NCBI GenBank assembly: GCA_004764695.1
Contig: SMSO01000037.1
Location: 4,254,747-4,318,746, forward strand
Origin: Schizochytrium sp. TIO01
Taxonomy: Eukaryota > Protista > Bigyra: Labyrinthulomycetes
Reading direction: 5' to 3'
Length of the DNA stretch: 64,000 nt
The notes beneath the pieces are model-generated. The model did no database searches and was not told the DNA's origin. It was given only the letters and a program-made list of their open reading frames with translations. A program made the translations under genes and the position numbers. Within the stretch, counting starts at the first letter, position 1. Each line of letters begins with the position of its first letter. This document shows positions 43,210-56,018 of this stretch, piece by piece.

Positions 43210-46200
43210 AGAATTGTTTGCTTATGCTTGGCAACAATGTGTGGTTCTACTGTGTAAATAAACGAGTTCATATGTACTTTGATTATGATTATGTTATTGA
43301 TTTTCCAGATATAGAATGATTTTCATGAAACAGGCGGCAACACTATTCAGAACCTGATTATACTTAGAAGATTAATATCTGTTTTCTTTTCCAAAAACTA
43401 AATAATAACAATTAATTAAGGATTAACTTTCCGATGAACTTTCTCGACTGATGTTTTGAAACAATGTGAAGACAGAAAGGTCCTCCAATAAAGACTTTCC
43501 AGACAAAACCCATACCTGCATATGAGATTTTCAACCCTTAGTATTGCAAGAAGAGATGTTCAAACTATAAAACTATAAAACTGCACAACTATTGTAGCCA
43601 GCGGTTGAAGAAGATTCAACATCGTTGAGGAGAATTCTCTCCCAACTACATTTTGTGAGTCTTTCGTATGTCATAGAATGAGATGACTTTAAAAGGAGCT
43701 CATACGAGTTCACAACAATTACTCTTTCTTAAAATAAACAAGAAATTCTACAATTTGCTTTCGCTTACTCTTGGGAATACCTCAAGTTCATAGTTAAATC
43801 ATGTTTCGTTACATCGTCCAACCCCAATGATAAAAACTTAGTTGCGGTTGTTTGCCACTAATCTATTTTCTTTAACCCTTGCAGCCTCCATGTAACACAT
43901 TTTCTCGAACCCACCCCGTAGCTGCTCTGCGAGCTTTCCAAACTCCACTGGTCCTTATTATTTTACTTGAGTAAAGACTCAGAAGAATCACTCATGAGCT
44001 TCTTTATTATAGGTTCATCCTGGTTTTTGATGAATCTTGAATGAAGTATGATTCGTGGAAATAAAGGTGACAGAGTCTCGGCTGCACCAGCTTTCCATAG
44101 CTCTAAATTGGGCCTTCGTAGAGGTTTGAATAAAATGAAATAACATGAAATAAGAAAGTCCAAGATAAAATGCACATGCTAGGCTGGACCAGCTGAGAAA
44201 AGTAAAATTGTGGCCTCTGATTTTCAGATAAGGAGAGAAACACTGCTGCGTGTGGAGGTTTATTTATCTTCATCGTACGAAGTGGGCTGTACCTTTCCTA
44301 ATATACAATAAATAAATGATATAATAAAAACACTACCATGGTATAATAAGAATATATACCGATAGTATGGCAGAGAACATTTACCAGAGTCTAGCATCTT
44401 TGTTTATTGTATTCATGTGCTTTTCAAAAGAAGTCGATCGGGCGCGACCTGAAAACAATAGCAGTGGGCTCTTAGCGTGCAGCACACACGAGTTGAAATC
44501 ACTTTTAAAGCTTTGTTTTTGAACTTGTGAAATACACAAGACTCCACAAAAATGGATTTTATTTTTTTCTCTCTTATTCTACTTCCTTTTTTTTTAAAAA
44601 AGTAGAATTTTGTCGACTCGGAGTGTGCAATTAATTGTACAGCTTAAGATAGATAGATATAAAGTTGTCGGTAGGAGGAGGAGTTGGGTTCCTAATAGGC
44701 ACTCTCCTGAATTCGCAAGCCTTTTTTCTTCTTCACCGTCTTGTTTAAGGCCTCCTTAAATTCTGCGTGCGCTAATTTGACTACACTTGTATACTTAGTT
44801 GCGAGTTTGAAGAGTTTAATGTATGCTTTATGAGCAAAACTTAGCAAGACGCTCGAGGCTGGATACAAAACACTGTTTGAGAGAACCCTTTGCTTTGAGG
44901 ATGCCGCCTTCCTTATTGAAGACAATGATGCTTCGATGCATTTGAGGCAAACAACAAGTACATATGAACCAGTAGGACTAGGACGTCGTAGATTTGAGGT
45001 CCGGTTAATGGTATGCCTCAGTTGAGAAAGGGAAAGAAGTCTGTCTTTTTGTCTTGGAGTTTAATATCTCAAGTTCTAGTCATGGAAATTCATACCTAAC
45101 CTATTGTCTTCAGTGTACAAACTGAAATGACGGACCTCCATCTTGTTTTTAATTTTAAGATTCTAAAACCTTTGCTTTTCTTTTTGAATCCTCTCTTTCA
45201 AAAACTCTTTTCCTTCTCTTTTTTAAAAATTAAAAATTATTTTGTTTAAAGTAAATTGATATATATATATAATATATTTATTTTTAACACACGTCGTATA
45301 GTAGAGAAACCAAAAAACGTGACTAAAAGAATGCAGAACGAGCTAGCGCAATGTTCCTGTATGTCATGACTTTGACGAGGGGTCATGAATCTCAACTAAA
45401 TATTTCGCTTTTAAGTTGCTAGATGTTTCCAAAGTTTGACTGTGTCGTTCATTCTCTGCACGCACATAAGCTGTTTCTTGAAGTGATAAGCTGATAGCTG
45501 CGCTTCGATTAGTTCGCCACAATGATGGGGAAAAGTAGGATGGTAGTACCTATATCACTCTATTTTCCCCCTTACGTGTGCTAGAGAACTTATAACTTTC
45601 TCCGGTTGTTGTGCTCTAGAGAAAATTTATTATTTTGTCTGATTGTTGAAGTAAAAATCAATTTAAATTCAAGTTTTAATTTTTAAAATCAAAGCTATCT
45701 ATGTATAGCAGGTAGAGTAGTCACGGGAAACGTTAGAATTCAAGTCGCATCAAGTTTAGCTAGGAACTGTGTCAAGGCATCATGCACCGAGAGTGAAAGC
45801 TGGACGCACAGGACCATGATGATGCTGATTTTGAGCTATATGTTGTGATGCTTTGACCTGATTGCCTTCATCCAAACAAAAGCATTGATCAATAATATGC
45901 GTAGCTTCAAACGAAGATGGATGGGTGGATACCTATCCCTGATATGATCTCATGGCATATCATATCCATCACCTCCATGTCCTTCTATCGATTGCATAGG
46001 TAGCCACCCACCCACTAGCTACAGTTCCCTCTTCAATTCGACTTCTAAGCAACGGCTGGCCGGCTTCCTTCCTCTTTCATCTTTCCAGCTGAAATCCCCT
46101 CTTTCCTCAGTCGTGCTTTTGCCTATCTTCTCAGTGCTATCGAGCCCTAGCTAGCTAGATAGGCGACTGACTGACTGACTATGTAGGCTACGAGCCATTT

Positions 46201-46902
46201 GCGAACTGAGCCACGGATTTCGAGCCTCAAACTCTGAGTGCCAAGTCCAATCGGCCTCAGACTTCAATTCATTCAGTGGTACAGAAGGTAGCTAACTTCC
46301 TTGACTCCAAGAGCTGCTCTTGGAGAGGCAACAATAACGCTCTGCCCTTCCCTCGTCTCGCAGTGCCTGTGCCCTCTTTCTGTGTCGGAATACATAAAAC
46401 GTCAAGCACAACTTGTGCAAGCATTATTTATTTGCACAAGCTTCTATTTGCACAGGCCCAGTTCAAGCATGCCAACTGAGTCCACCTTGAATGATAAGGA
46501 GCACTGACCTTTCAGTGAAGTTGACAACGACACTCTGCGTAACCTAGTTGATGAATTATGAACCTCAGCTGCCAATCTAGCAGACGGCCTGCTCCAGAGG
46601 TAGTAGAGTGACAGCACAGCAATACAGACCGTCCTTAGCCTATCTATTTTGGATAGATATTTTGTTGTTGGCGATATGGTGAGTGTGCCTGAGTTATTAT
46701 TTATCTATTTATCTATTTATCTATTTATTTACTTACTTCAAGTTACCTCTCTGGCTCAATTCAATGACTGTCTTCAACTCAAGTTGATTTGACTGCTTGA
46801 TGCAAATCATTGGCCGTGAAGAAACCTTGATGACGCCAATGATGATGATGCCAATGGTAACATCTGAGGTGGGTAACCCGCTTTGAACAAAGATGGAAAG
46901 AG

Positions 46903-46960
46903 CGACGACGACGACAACGAGGAGGAGGAGGAGGAGGAGGAGGAGAAGGAGAAGAAGAAG
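46903..46960. repeat. Compound (GAC)n(GAG)n(AAG)n trinucleotide tract
   Basis: Direct reading. Confidence 0.85.
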
Positions 46961-47257
46961 AACTCGCCTTGCACAATCATCACCTGCAAAAAATTATATT
47001 TCACCCATCACAATAATCACTGGTTCTTTAGTCTATACCCTAGACACCCAGCAGGTAGCAAGCAGTCTACTTTGAATTGTGAAGGTATCATGTTACTCTC
47101 TCTCACTCACTCACTCGTCAGAGGCAATTCAAGCCTTTTATTGGTAAAAACAATCATGCATTGCTATACATCCTTATTATATTCTATTCCACTATTCTTT
47201 CTTTCTCTATCTGTAGACTAGAGTGAGAGCGTTTGAGAGTTCGTTTGCTATTATATG

Positions 47258-47323
47258 GAGACAGACAGAATGACAGACAGACAGACAGACAGACAGACAG
47301 AATGACAGAATGACAGAACAGAC
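47258..47323. repeat. (GACA)n microsatellite interrupted by GAAT
   Basis: Direct reading. Confidence 0.85.
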
Positions 47324-49850
47324 ACTTACCAAATAGTAGTATGGGCTTTCTCACTGCTAGAGTGCATGGCTACCTGGGGCACCATTTTACCACCTCACAT
47401 GATGCAAGGAGTAAAACCAATCTCTCTTTATGGATTAAGATAGGGAAAGCTCGATCGTCCAATGATGTCAAGTTTAAGTCATTCGCTAGCTCCATGCAGG
47501 CAGAGGTGAGAGAGCAATACGGTGCTAGAGCAGTGCAGTGGAGTGCAGTGCAGTGCTAGAGCAATTCTCGTGGATCAGAGGGCCCTGGCTACTTGGGATG
47601 TAGGATTACAAGTGGGCCTACATTTCTTTTTTCTTTCTTTTTTAACTCAAGACCTCCGAGTCACCATAACACAGAAAATGACTTCTTTTTCGTTTTCCAT
47701 TTTTAATTAAAAGCAAGAAGTCAGCAGGAGTATAATGTTGCTTTTTTAATTTAAAAAATAATTAGACATCATTCAATTTATCACCATAGCTCCGATGTTA
47801 AAATAATAAAACAAAACCAGTTATTGAGTGAAGTGAGAGTGGAACATAAGAAAGGCCAAGTCGGAGTTCTAACCTTGATGACATGCTTGAAAATAGATTA
47901 AATATAGATAAAAGACTGCTTTTAGTCGTGGTATCTTGTTTACTACCAGATCTTCAGTTCTCTATGAAGGTCTCTTCGCCTTAGATGGTTCAAAGGGAGT
48001 TGACAGCCATTACTCACTCCCAACTGACATTTGGAGTCAAGGACTGCATCACAGCTGATGAAATAAGAACATACTCCTAGTAGGTAGGCAGGCTGTCTAA
48101 AGTGCTGTCAAACTCAAAACTCAACTTGAGATTTACTCTCACGATCTTTTCGATATTTCTCGCCAACGCTGACAGTACTGCGACTGCAGTATTGTATTCG
48201 ACACTCCATTCCCGCAACAATCAATGGCGTTTGGCAACATTTAAACGAACAGGTTGGTAGTTTGCTTTTTTACTGTAGTACTGGGGTAGATATAAGCGAA
48301 GGAATCAGATGTAAATGAGACATTCGAGTCAAATGATACCATCTCCAGACAGCAGCATACTACATACAGTACCACGGGAACACTAGCCCTCTTATTAATA
48401 GTGATAAACACTCTCAAATGTCAGATACTATCATAAGCAACTCTTCCATGTGTTCATAAACTCAAGCAGAAGCAACATGTGAGGATCTAGAAGGCACCAC
48501 CCACCTTCCACACACTTCACCTTCGCTTGTTATACTTTTGCTTGGGCCAGAAATGCTAAGTGTAAATATAGTTCGCCAGGTCTATCTATTTATATGGCTT
48601 CGGCTATCCTCAGCTCTCGCAGCGAGATAAGCACGATGCGATGCGCAGTCGTAAGTTCACTTCAGGAGAGCTTATTTGACGGCCTTTTCCCAAGGTCTTT
48701 AAGCACTTCGATTCAGACATCACCATTTCAAAGCCCATCAACTCTGATCCGTCATATGACGGCGCCGTAATATTCGTTTCACTTATCCAGTCTTCAGAAC
48801 TCTGTCATCTCTGCTCTTCGTAATTCTGAGTGGAAGCCCTAGGCTCTGTTCTGAGTTGTCAAGGAGATGTGCAAAGCGCATCATATTAGGCCTAGTATCA
48901 TATTAGATATACACGCCGATGAATTTAATTTCCCAGAGCAGCCCGAATAACCCTCGCATGACCGTCCGCTTTTCGTTTTACTTTTTTTTCTATTCTTTTT
49001 CTCTTTTCTCCCCTTTTTCTAAATAAAGAAAGAAACAAAAAAAAGTTTAGTTTATATTGTTATTATTGTTATTATAATATTTTTATTTTTTATTTTTTAT
49101 TTTTTTAATATTAAAGGCCGCTTTCCGCAAGTAAAGTTGATACGTTCAAAAAGAGGCCCCAGAACTCAGCTGTTGAAAGATGAGATAAATAGGAAAGAAG
49201 GCCATCAAGCTCAACTCTTAGCTTAGCATGGACAAGAAGGGGCCTTAACACTACTCTGCATGAAATAATGGGGTGAGCAGGCAGCAATTTGCACATTGTG
49301 ACACTCTACCTACCTAATCAGCACCAGTCGGCACTAGGATTTGAAAGCTGCTGAACAACGGAAAAATAATTCTGAATGGAAGGAAAAGCAGGGAATGCTA
49401 CAACAAAAGGGACCGTGCTGTTGCTGCGGATATGCACACTCTCATTCTACTAGACAAGCATATATATTATATAAACATGTATTTCTTTTTAATTGACATT
49501 ATTGATTTTCCATTTAATTTAAAAGTTGAACTTGAATGCGAGAGATGAATCCATCTAGTTATGAGGCCTCGGGGAATATAGATTGATGATTTAATACCTA
49601 TGAAGCCTAAGCCCACCTACCTAGCATTATAACTTTTCTTGAAAACAATGGATCCGAGCCGATTGAAGTATGAACTAAAGTCAATCAAGTGTGAGAGAGC
49701 GCCAAGCTATTCGATGCAGTTGATACCCTCATCTTAATATAGAGTGACTACCTAGCAGTGGCAATGTCAGCACAGTTGGAATTTCACAAGGATATGATGA
49801 GCTGTCAAAATTGATATGTTTGTAGGCTTATTTTTATCAACAAAAGTTTG

Positions 49851-49851
<1 letters not shown>

Positions 49852-49881
<30 letters not shown>

Positions 49882-49911
49882 CTTCTTCTTCTTCTTCTTC
49901 TTCTTCTTCTT
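49852..49911. repeat. (CTT)20 microsatellite
   Basis: Direct reading. Confidence 0.95.
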
Positions 49912-52143
49912 GCGCATTCTAAGTGAGAGGTAGCTAGCATAAGTCTAGCTAGAGTAGTAATTCTAAAGAGGAGTCCAAGTATGGGACCGAGTACTGGGGA
50001 TAGTGACACCGTGATTCCACGGCACGAGCCCTCTGCGTCCTATGTGTCCTTTATGTTCTTGTTCTTCCCTCTCAGACTTTCAGTGTGGTGGCTTTCTTCT
50101 GCTCTGAGCATGAGCATACCAATAAGTTCAAATTGTCAACGGGTACTTGTCATGTACTAGGGGACATCCTGACAGTCCCGTTATGTTCGAAGACTAGCCT
50201 CTTTGCTCTTTGAAGCGCTTAACTGCGATGGCTGCTGACAACGGTAAGTTTTATCAAATAAGAACTGGTTGCTAGCGGCGAAGCATACGACCTCTGCAGG
50301 AAAAGGGCTAGTGCTCGTGGCAGTCGACCATTTTAGCCAGTTTGAGTAATCGATCGACCAATCAATCAACCTATCAAACTATCAGTCAACCTCTGGTTCT
50401 GCAGAACAAAAAGAAGAAGAAGAACAAAAGAAGTACTTCTGCAGCTCTGCCGGTTGACATTCTGAATTCTTCTTCATGTAGTTCAAAATGCTTGCATGAT
50501 AACTTGCATGCAATAGCCAGAAGCAGAGTTGTTTCTGAATGCGAGGATGTAAGTACGTATGCGCTTCAATTTCTTCTCCTTAAGTCTCTTCGTCTGTGTT
50601 GGCTAATTCTAACGATCTGCAAAACTAAAGTGGTTTCTAGCTTAGTAGGTAGGTAGGTAGGAACTAGGTACCGTGGCTTTACTTAGTTGAACAGACACAG
50701 ACTTGTTTGGGCTTCTTTAGCTCTTAAGTGGGAGCTCATTGATCACTGAGTGTTTGATTATTAATTACACCCACCTAGTAGGTACCTATTTAGTTGCGTT
50801 GGTTGCGTTGCGTTGCGTTGAGTTGACTTGACTTGACTTGAGTTGAATATTTGTTTGTTTGTTATTGTTTACTTAGTTGTTGCTTTATTTTGAATAATCA
50901 TGAGAGTCTTCCATCCTCCCTGACTTTACTCCTGCGACTCTGGTGGCACTATCATTGTATGTAAGGATAACCATACCTACCTACTCCATTTACAGTCTTA
51001 CATTTTCACTTTTCTTTAAAATATATATTTATGTAGGTATAGTTTTAAAATAAATATGTTTGATTTTTTGTTTAAATGTTTTGTTTCTTATAATTTTTTA
51101 ATGGGTCGCCCCTGCGCTTTTTCTTACCTCATGCGCGTGTCACCTATTTTTTGCAAGCTAGACCAGTGGCTTCCTCAATGAAAGAATCCACATCTCCCAG
51201 CATTGTCAGTAGGCACCTGGCTTGCTACTGACTGAGTCTTGCTTTCTATCTAAAGTAGCCAGTCAAGTCATTCAGACAGGTACTGAGTAAGTTAGTACTA
51301 GGTACTTATTTCCACATAAGTGCCTGCCTAATCATCCAATCCATCATTTGTTTGATTGTTGATTGATTGATTATCAACTGAGTGAGTGACTGATTATATT
51401 TTTTACACATCGCTCGCTCATTATTGCTATTCTTATTTTTTTAAGTTATTATTTCTTCACAAGCTTTGAGTCATTTATCCATTTTCGGAAATCGTGCTCA
51501 ATAATTCAAATCGTCCCCTCAATCAGTCTGCCATTCAGATGGTCAGCCACTCACTCAGCTCAGTTGACTAAGCAGCCAATCATTGGAATTCATTCGAGAC
51601 AGTGATGAGCGAACAGGTGGTGAAGATTTCGACGATGAAGGTAATGTATTTGTAAGGTTAGTGCTGTTGATTTATTTGTGAGGTTTGACAAAGTACGCCA
51701 CTATACCAAGTACGTAGGTACACAAGTTTGTTCGATTGCATTGATTTGTGGTTGTATTTGTAGTATTGGCTCGTATAGGCACTGTGTTTTTTTGACAATG
51801 TAGTTCATCAGTTGCGCGGTTTGTCACTCTCAGTAGGCAGAGGTAATAAGTTTAAAACTTTTTTGTTAAAACTATTAAAGCCAAACCAACAAATCATTCA
51901 TTAGTTGGTGCCTGCTCCGTTCCTCAGGCAATTATGTAGATAGTTAGTTACCTAGCTGGTTACCCACTACTTCTTCAAAACTTCAAAAGCTCTACACTTG
52001 CTCGCTCCAGCTCCGCCTAAGCAGGCAAGTGAGTAAGTAAGCTTGTTTCATAGTAGCTTTCTCTTTTTTATACTTTTTTATTTCTTTTCCAATCCCTTCT
52101 TCTTCTTTCAGCCAATAATCACGCACGGGCCCCTTCAAGTTTT

Positions 52144-52147
<4 letters not shown>

Positions 52148-52185
<38 letters not shown>
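52148..52185. repeat. (TC)n microsatellite
   Basis: Direct reading. Confidence 0.95.
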
Positions 52186-52189
<4 letters not shown>

Positions 52190-52862
52190 CGCCTTCCGAA
52201 GTACCTCCACTACTAGTATTAGTAACAACAACACTAGTACTCTTTTGTTGTCTTGTTTTGTTTTGTTCTGTTTTGTTTTGTCTTGACCTTACTTTTATTG
52301 TTCTTGTTGTTTTTCCTGTTTTTGCTCCTGCTTTCAATTCCGCATCATAGCAGAAGTGCTAGTACCACTAGTAATAGTAGTAGCAGTAGCAGTAGGATGC
52401 GTTTTGTGCGTATTTATCCTCTGTGTCACCTCAGTGTCCTTTTCCATCTGCTCTTCAGCTCTTCGATGGAAGTTCCCTGCCTCTTCCCTCTCGTCTTTCT
52501 CTCCCTTCCCTCCTTCCTTCCTTCCTCCCGCCTCTTCCTTCTCTCTTTTCCACTTGAGTATGTCTGTCTCTGTCCTCTTTCTTTCTTTCTTTCTTTCTTT
52601 CTTTCGAGTTCTTTTCTTTTCTTTTCTTTTCTTTTCTTTCATTCGGCCGCAAACCTCCACAACAGCGAGGCATCTGGAGAACGAGGAGCGTGCCCTCTTG
52701 CTTCTCTCTAGCTATTGATGGACCTCAGCCCGTGAGGTGACCATACCTACTGATTCGGGTGCTGACAGGAAAGCTCATTGGCAGCCTGCGACCTTCCGGA
52801 TCATCCATACGCATCTGCACACGAGAAAGCTCTTTGGTTTGTTGCTTATTCTGTTCGAGTCC

Positions 52863-53124
<262 letters not shown>

Positions 53125-53546
53125 TTTTGCTTTCTCCAAGTCTGCCTCTCTCTCCCTCTTTTTTTTTTTAGTTTAGAAACTAATTAAAGAAAAATAAAAG
53201 GAGGAAAGAACAGAATACCAAAATTCAAGGGGAAACAAACCCTCCTCACGAGGCCAGGCCGAGGCGTGCTTCGCCTGCTTGGTGGTCTCAACCCCCCTCC
53301 ACCTTCTTCTTCACTCCAACCACATTCCCAAAGTTGTGATTAGCTGACTAATCGCCAGGGATTGCTCGCTCCGTTTTGGCAATTGGGCCTTGGTTGCCTG
53401 TCCATTCACCCAAAACACTCCACAGCATGGTCGCATGCACGATGCCAAAGACTCCGCAAGGCTCACCTGGCTCTACTGCTTTGGCACTAACTTTTGCATC
53501 AGATCCTTCACTCAAACAGGCCTGTAAGGTAAGGCCAACTCTCCCC

Positions 53547-56018
53547 ATGACTACCAGGACCCCGCGCTCGCTCGCTGTGGCTATATTGGGAGCTCTCCTC
53601 CTCATCACGGCACCTCATATTACAAGTGCGACAGATCCTTCTTCGCTTGATTATGGCTACGAGATCTGCATATATGATCAAAATTGCACCCTCGAACGTG
53701 GCGGATATGTGCGCTTTGGTATTGCTGGCCAGTACACCTACAGCACGACCTATTGGGCAGAAAACACAACCTTCATTTGCAATGAGGACTCCTTTGATGA
53801 AGATCCTTTCCCCGGACGCTCTGGAGAGGCATGTACTCTGAGTGAACCTGTACCTACCTCTGCGCCTACTCTGTCACCTACAATGACTCCGACGATAGCA
53901 CCTACTCCAGAACCTACCAACACTCCAACAACGGGAACACCAACGAACTTGCCTACTGTTGATCCAACTATGTCCCCAACCATGTCCCCTACTCTTGACC
54001 CTACTATGGCACCCGTGGCACCTGTAACTTACCCTACTCCTGAACCTACTCGGAAACCTACCCTGTCACCTACGACTCTGGCGCCAACATCCACACCGCA
54101 GCCTACTTCCTCGCCTACCGAAGACCCCGCGGTGGTTTGCCCTGGGTTCAAGAATGCTACAAGCTGTTCTACACTAGACTCGTGCACTTGGGACTCTGAC
54201 TCCGCTCAATGTATTGCTGAAAGCGCTGTCATCAACACTCAGACGCCCACACCTGCGCCAACCAACGATACAGGTCTAGGCTGGGTCGCTATCCTCTGCA
54301 CAAATATTGCCATCATTGGCATCGTCTTGGCAGTTGCTGCTCTCATCTTCATTTTAATCCACAGAAACAAGCCTGTGATTCAGCTCAGTCAGCTACTTTT
54401 CCTCAAGCTCCTCTGTGTTGGTGCCATTTTAGTGAACTCCTCCATTTTCCCCAGTGCTTTCCAGCCCGAGTCAGATGCGATTTGTATTGTTCGCAAATGG
54501 TGGTTTGATCTCACCTTCACCTTCACTATGGCCATCTTTCTGGTTAAGATATGGCGCGTTTGGCGTGTATTCTACGGGCCAGGTGATGCAAGCCATGTGA
54601 CTGACCGCTTCTTACTGCTGATCGTTGGTGCCTTGGTTCTTTTTGATGTCATTCTTCTGGTTCTCTGGACTGCTATCGAACCAACCAGGTCATATTATGA
54701 TGAAGAAATGGATGCCTATCAGTGCAAGTCCAGTGGCGCAGCATATGCTCTCTTGATTGTCTCATATGTTTACCTAGGCATTTTGGTTCTGCTCGGCGTG
54801 GGTCTTGCTTTCAAGGTACGCAACCTAGGCAGTGTGATCGGTGAGTCGAAGCAGATCTTCTTCATTGTCAACAATATCCTGGTCTTCGGTATCTTCAACA
54901 TCATTGTCTCCGTCCTATCATCAACTTCTTACGAGCTCCGTGTTCTCCTCTTCGCATTTACAGTGTTTTGGTGTACAGTTGTTGGCCTTGGTGTTCTGCT
55001 CTGGGCAAAATATGAAAAGTTCTCCATGACACGCGAAGAGATTCTCTATGCGGCAACAGAGCCAAAGTCTTCTCGCAGCGCAGGAGCAAGCAACACTACA
55101 AACCCTACTCCGACAGATCGCGTAACACAACCATCGCGTTCTGGCAACACAGGGTTTGTTAATAAAGAGGAGCTTCGGCAGGTTTCATCAAGTAACGCAC
55201 CGCGAGTGAAGCAGCACTATACCGGAGAGGAACCACAGCAGCAGCATCCGCAAGAGTCGAGCTATTTTGCTACTCCAGAAGTCGGGCTATACCCTCGCCA
55301 CGAGTATGGCTACAACTCTGCTAATGTTCCTCCATTTCGTTATCATGGAGGGGCCCGTACTACTCAGGAGGCCCCCGTCGACGAACGTGATATTTTTGCA
55401 ACCTACAACACGAGATCTTACACAGATAATGCTCGTGCAGTTCATGTGCCGTCTCTTCGCGCTGGGCAAGGAGCTACAGCTGCAGCAGCGACTCATGAAT
55501 TTGACCACGGTAGTGTTAGCTCGATGAGCCACTCTTCGAGCCGTGACCATTTACAAAACACCACCAACTCTTCTGCTGTCACTCCACCACTTTCTTTCCA
55601 CCGTCGCGGGGACTCCGACTTTACTCGCGATGTTAGCATGCGGATTGCTGAAGATAGATCCTTTGCTGGCTCATCTTCCTCTCGTGGCGAACCCTCCACT
55701 GCGCCTGTCAATGCTTCAACACAGTCATTTTCATTTCCCAATACGGCTGAACTTGAATCCCATGCAAGATCGGCAACAGCGTCAAGCAACGTCTTGGAAA
55801 CGCCCTCTTCACCTCTACCAGCACGGAGTGATGCCCAGGCAGCTGTCAAGCCCCCATCGAACTCCAAGGCAGCAACCGTTATAGCAAACGGCTTCAAAAT
55901 TGGTGAAGTTGGAAATTGGGAGGAGTACGTGCATCGGGAAACTGGAGAATCCTTCTGGGTGAGCATTGAGACAGGAGATATCTCAAGTTCACCACCCAAT
56001 GATGTTGATCTAAGCTAA
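53547..56018 (+). CDS. Class C (GABA-B/7tm_3-like) GPCR with signal peptide, small Cys-rich ectodomain, Pro/Thr mucin stalk and a WW-like C-terminus
   Basis: Signal MTTRTPRSLAVAILGALLLITAPHITSA; 7 TM with HRNKPVIQLSQLLFL, C in ECL1/TM3 (AICIVRKW), KIWRVWRVF, LWTAIEP, QCKS, LAFKVRNL..GESKQI, LLWAKY. ATG at 53547 chosen because it precedes the signal peptide. Confidence 0.85.
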   Translation: MTTRTPRSLAVAILGALLLITAPHITSATDPSSLDYGYEICIYDQNCTLERGGYVRFGIAGQYTYSTTYWAENTTFICNEDSFDEDPFPGRSGEACTLSEPVPTSAPTLSPTMTPTIAPTPEPTNTPTTGTPTNLPTVDPTMSPTMSPTLDPTMAPVAPVTYPTPEPTRKPTLSPTTLAPTSTPQPTSSPTEDPAVVCPGFKNATSCSTLDSCTWDSDSAQCIAESAVINTQTPTPAPTNDTGLGWVAILCTNIAIIGIVLAVAALIFILIHRNKPVIQLSQLLFLKLLCVGAILVNSSIFPSAFQPESDAICIVRKWWFDLTFTFTMAIFLVKIWRVWRVFYGPGDASHVTDRFLLLIVGALVLFDVILLVLWTAIEPTRSYYDEEMDAYQCKSSGAAYALLIVSYVYLGILVLLGVGLAFKVRNLGSVIGESKQIFFIVNNILVFGIFNIIVSVLSSTSYELRVLLFAFTVFWCTVVGLGVLLWAKYEKFSMTREEILYAATEPKSSRSAGASNTTNPTPTDRVTQPSRSGNTGFVNKEELRQVSSSNAPRVKQHYTGEEPQQQHPQESSYFATPEVGLYPRHEYGYNSANVPPFRYHGGARTTQEAPVDERDIFATYNTRSYTDNARAVHVPSLRAGQGATAAAATHEFDHGSVSSMSHSSSRDHLQNTTNSSAVTPPLSFHRRGDSDFTRDVSMRIAEDRSFAGSSSSRGEPSTAPVNASTQSFSFPNTAELESHARSATASSNVLETPSSPLPARSDAQAAVKPPSNSKAATVIANGFKIGEVGNWEEYVHRETGESFWVSIETGDISSSPPNDVDLS

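Noticed and set aside
44692-44925. 77-aa Lys-rich minus-strand ORF
   Set aside because: Non-ATG start and no recognisable family; cannot be supported.
46779-47221. Poly-E/R/S/P ORFs
   Set aside because: Produced by the GAC/GAG/AAG tract; no domain signal in the flanks.
53376-53546. N-terminal 57-aa extension of the GPCR given in the ORF track
   Set aside because: It starts at TTG and would bury the signal peptide. ATG 53547 is preferred, although upstream in-frame ATGs exist.
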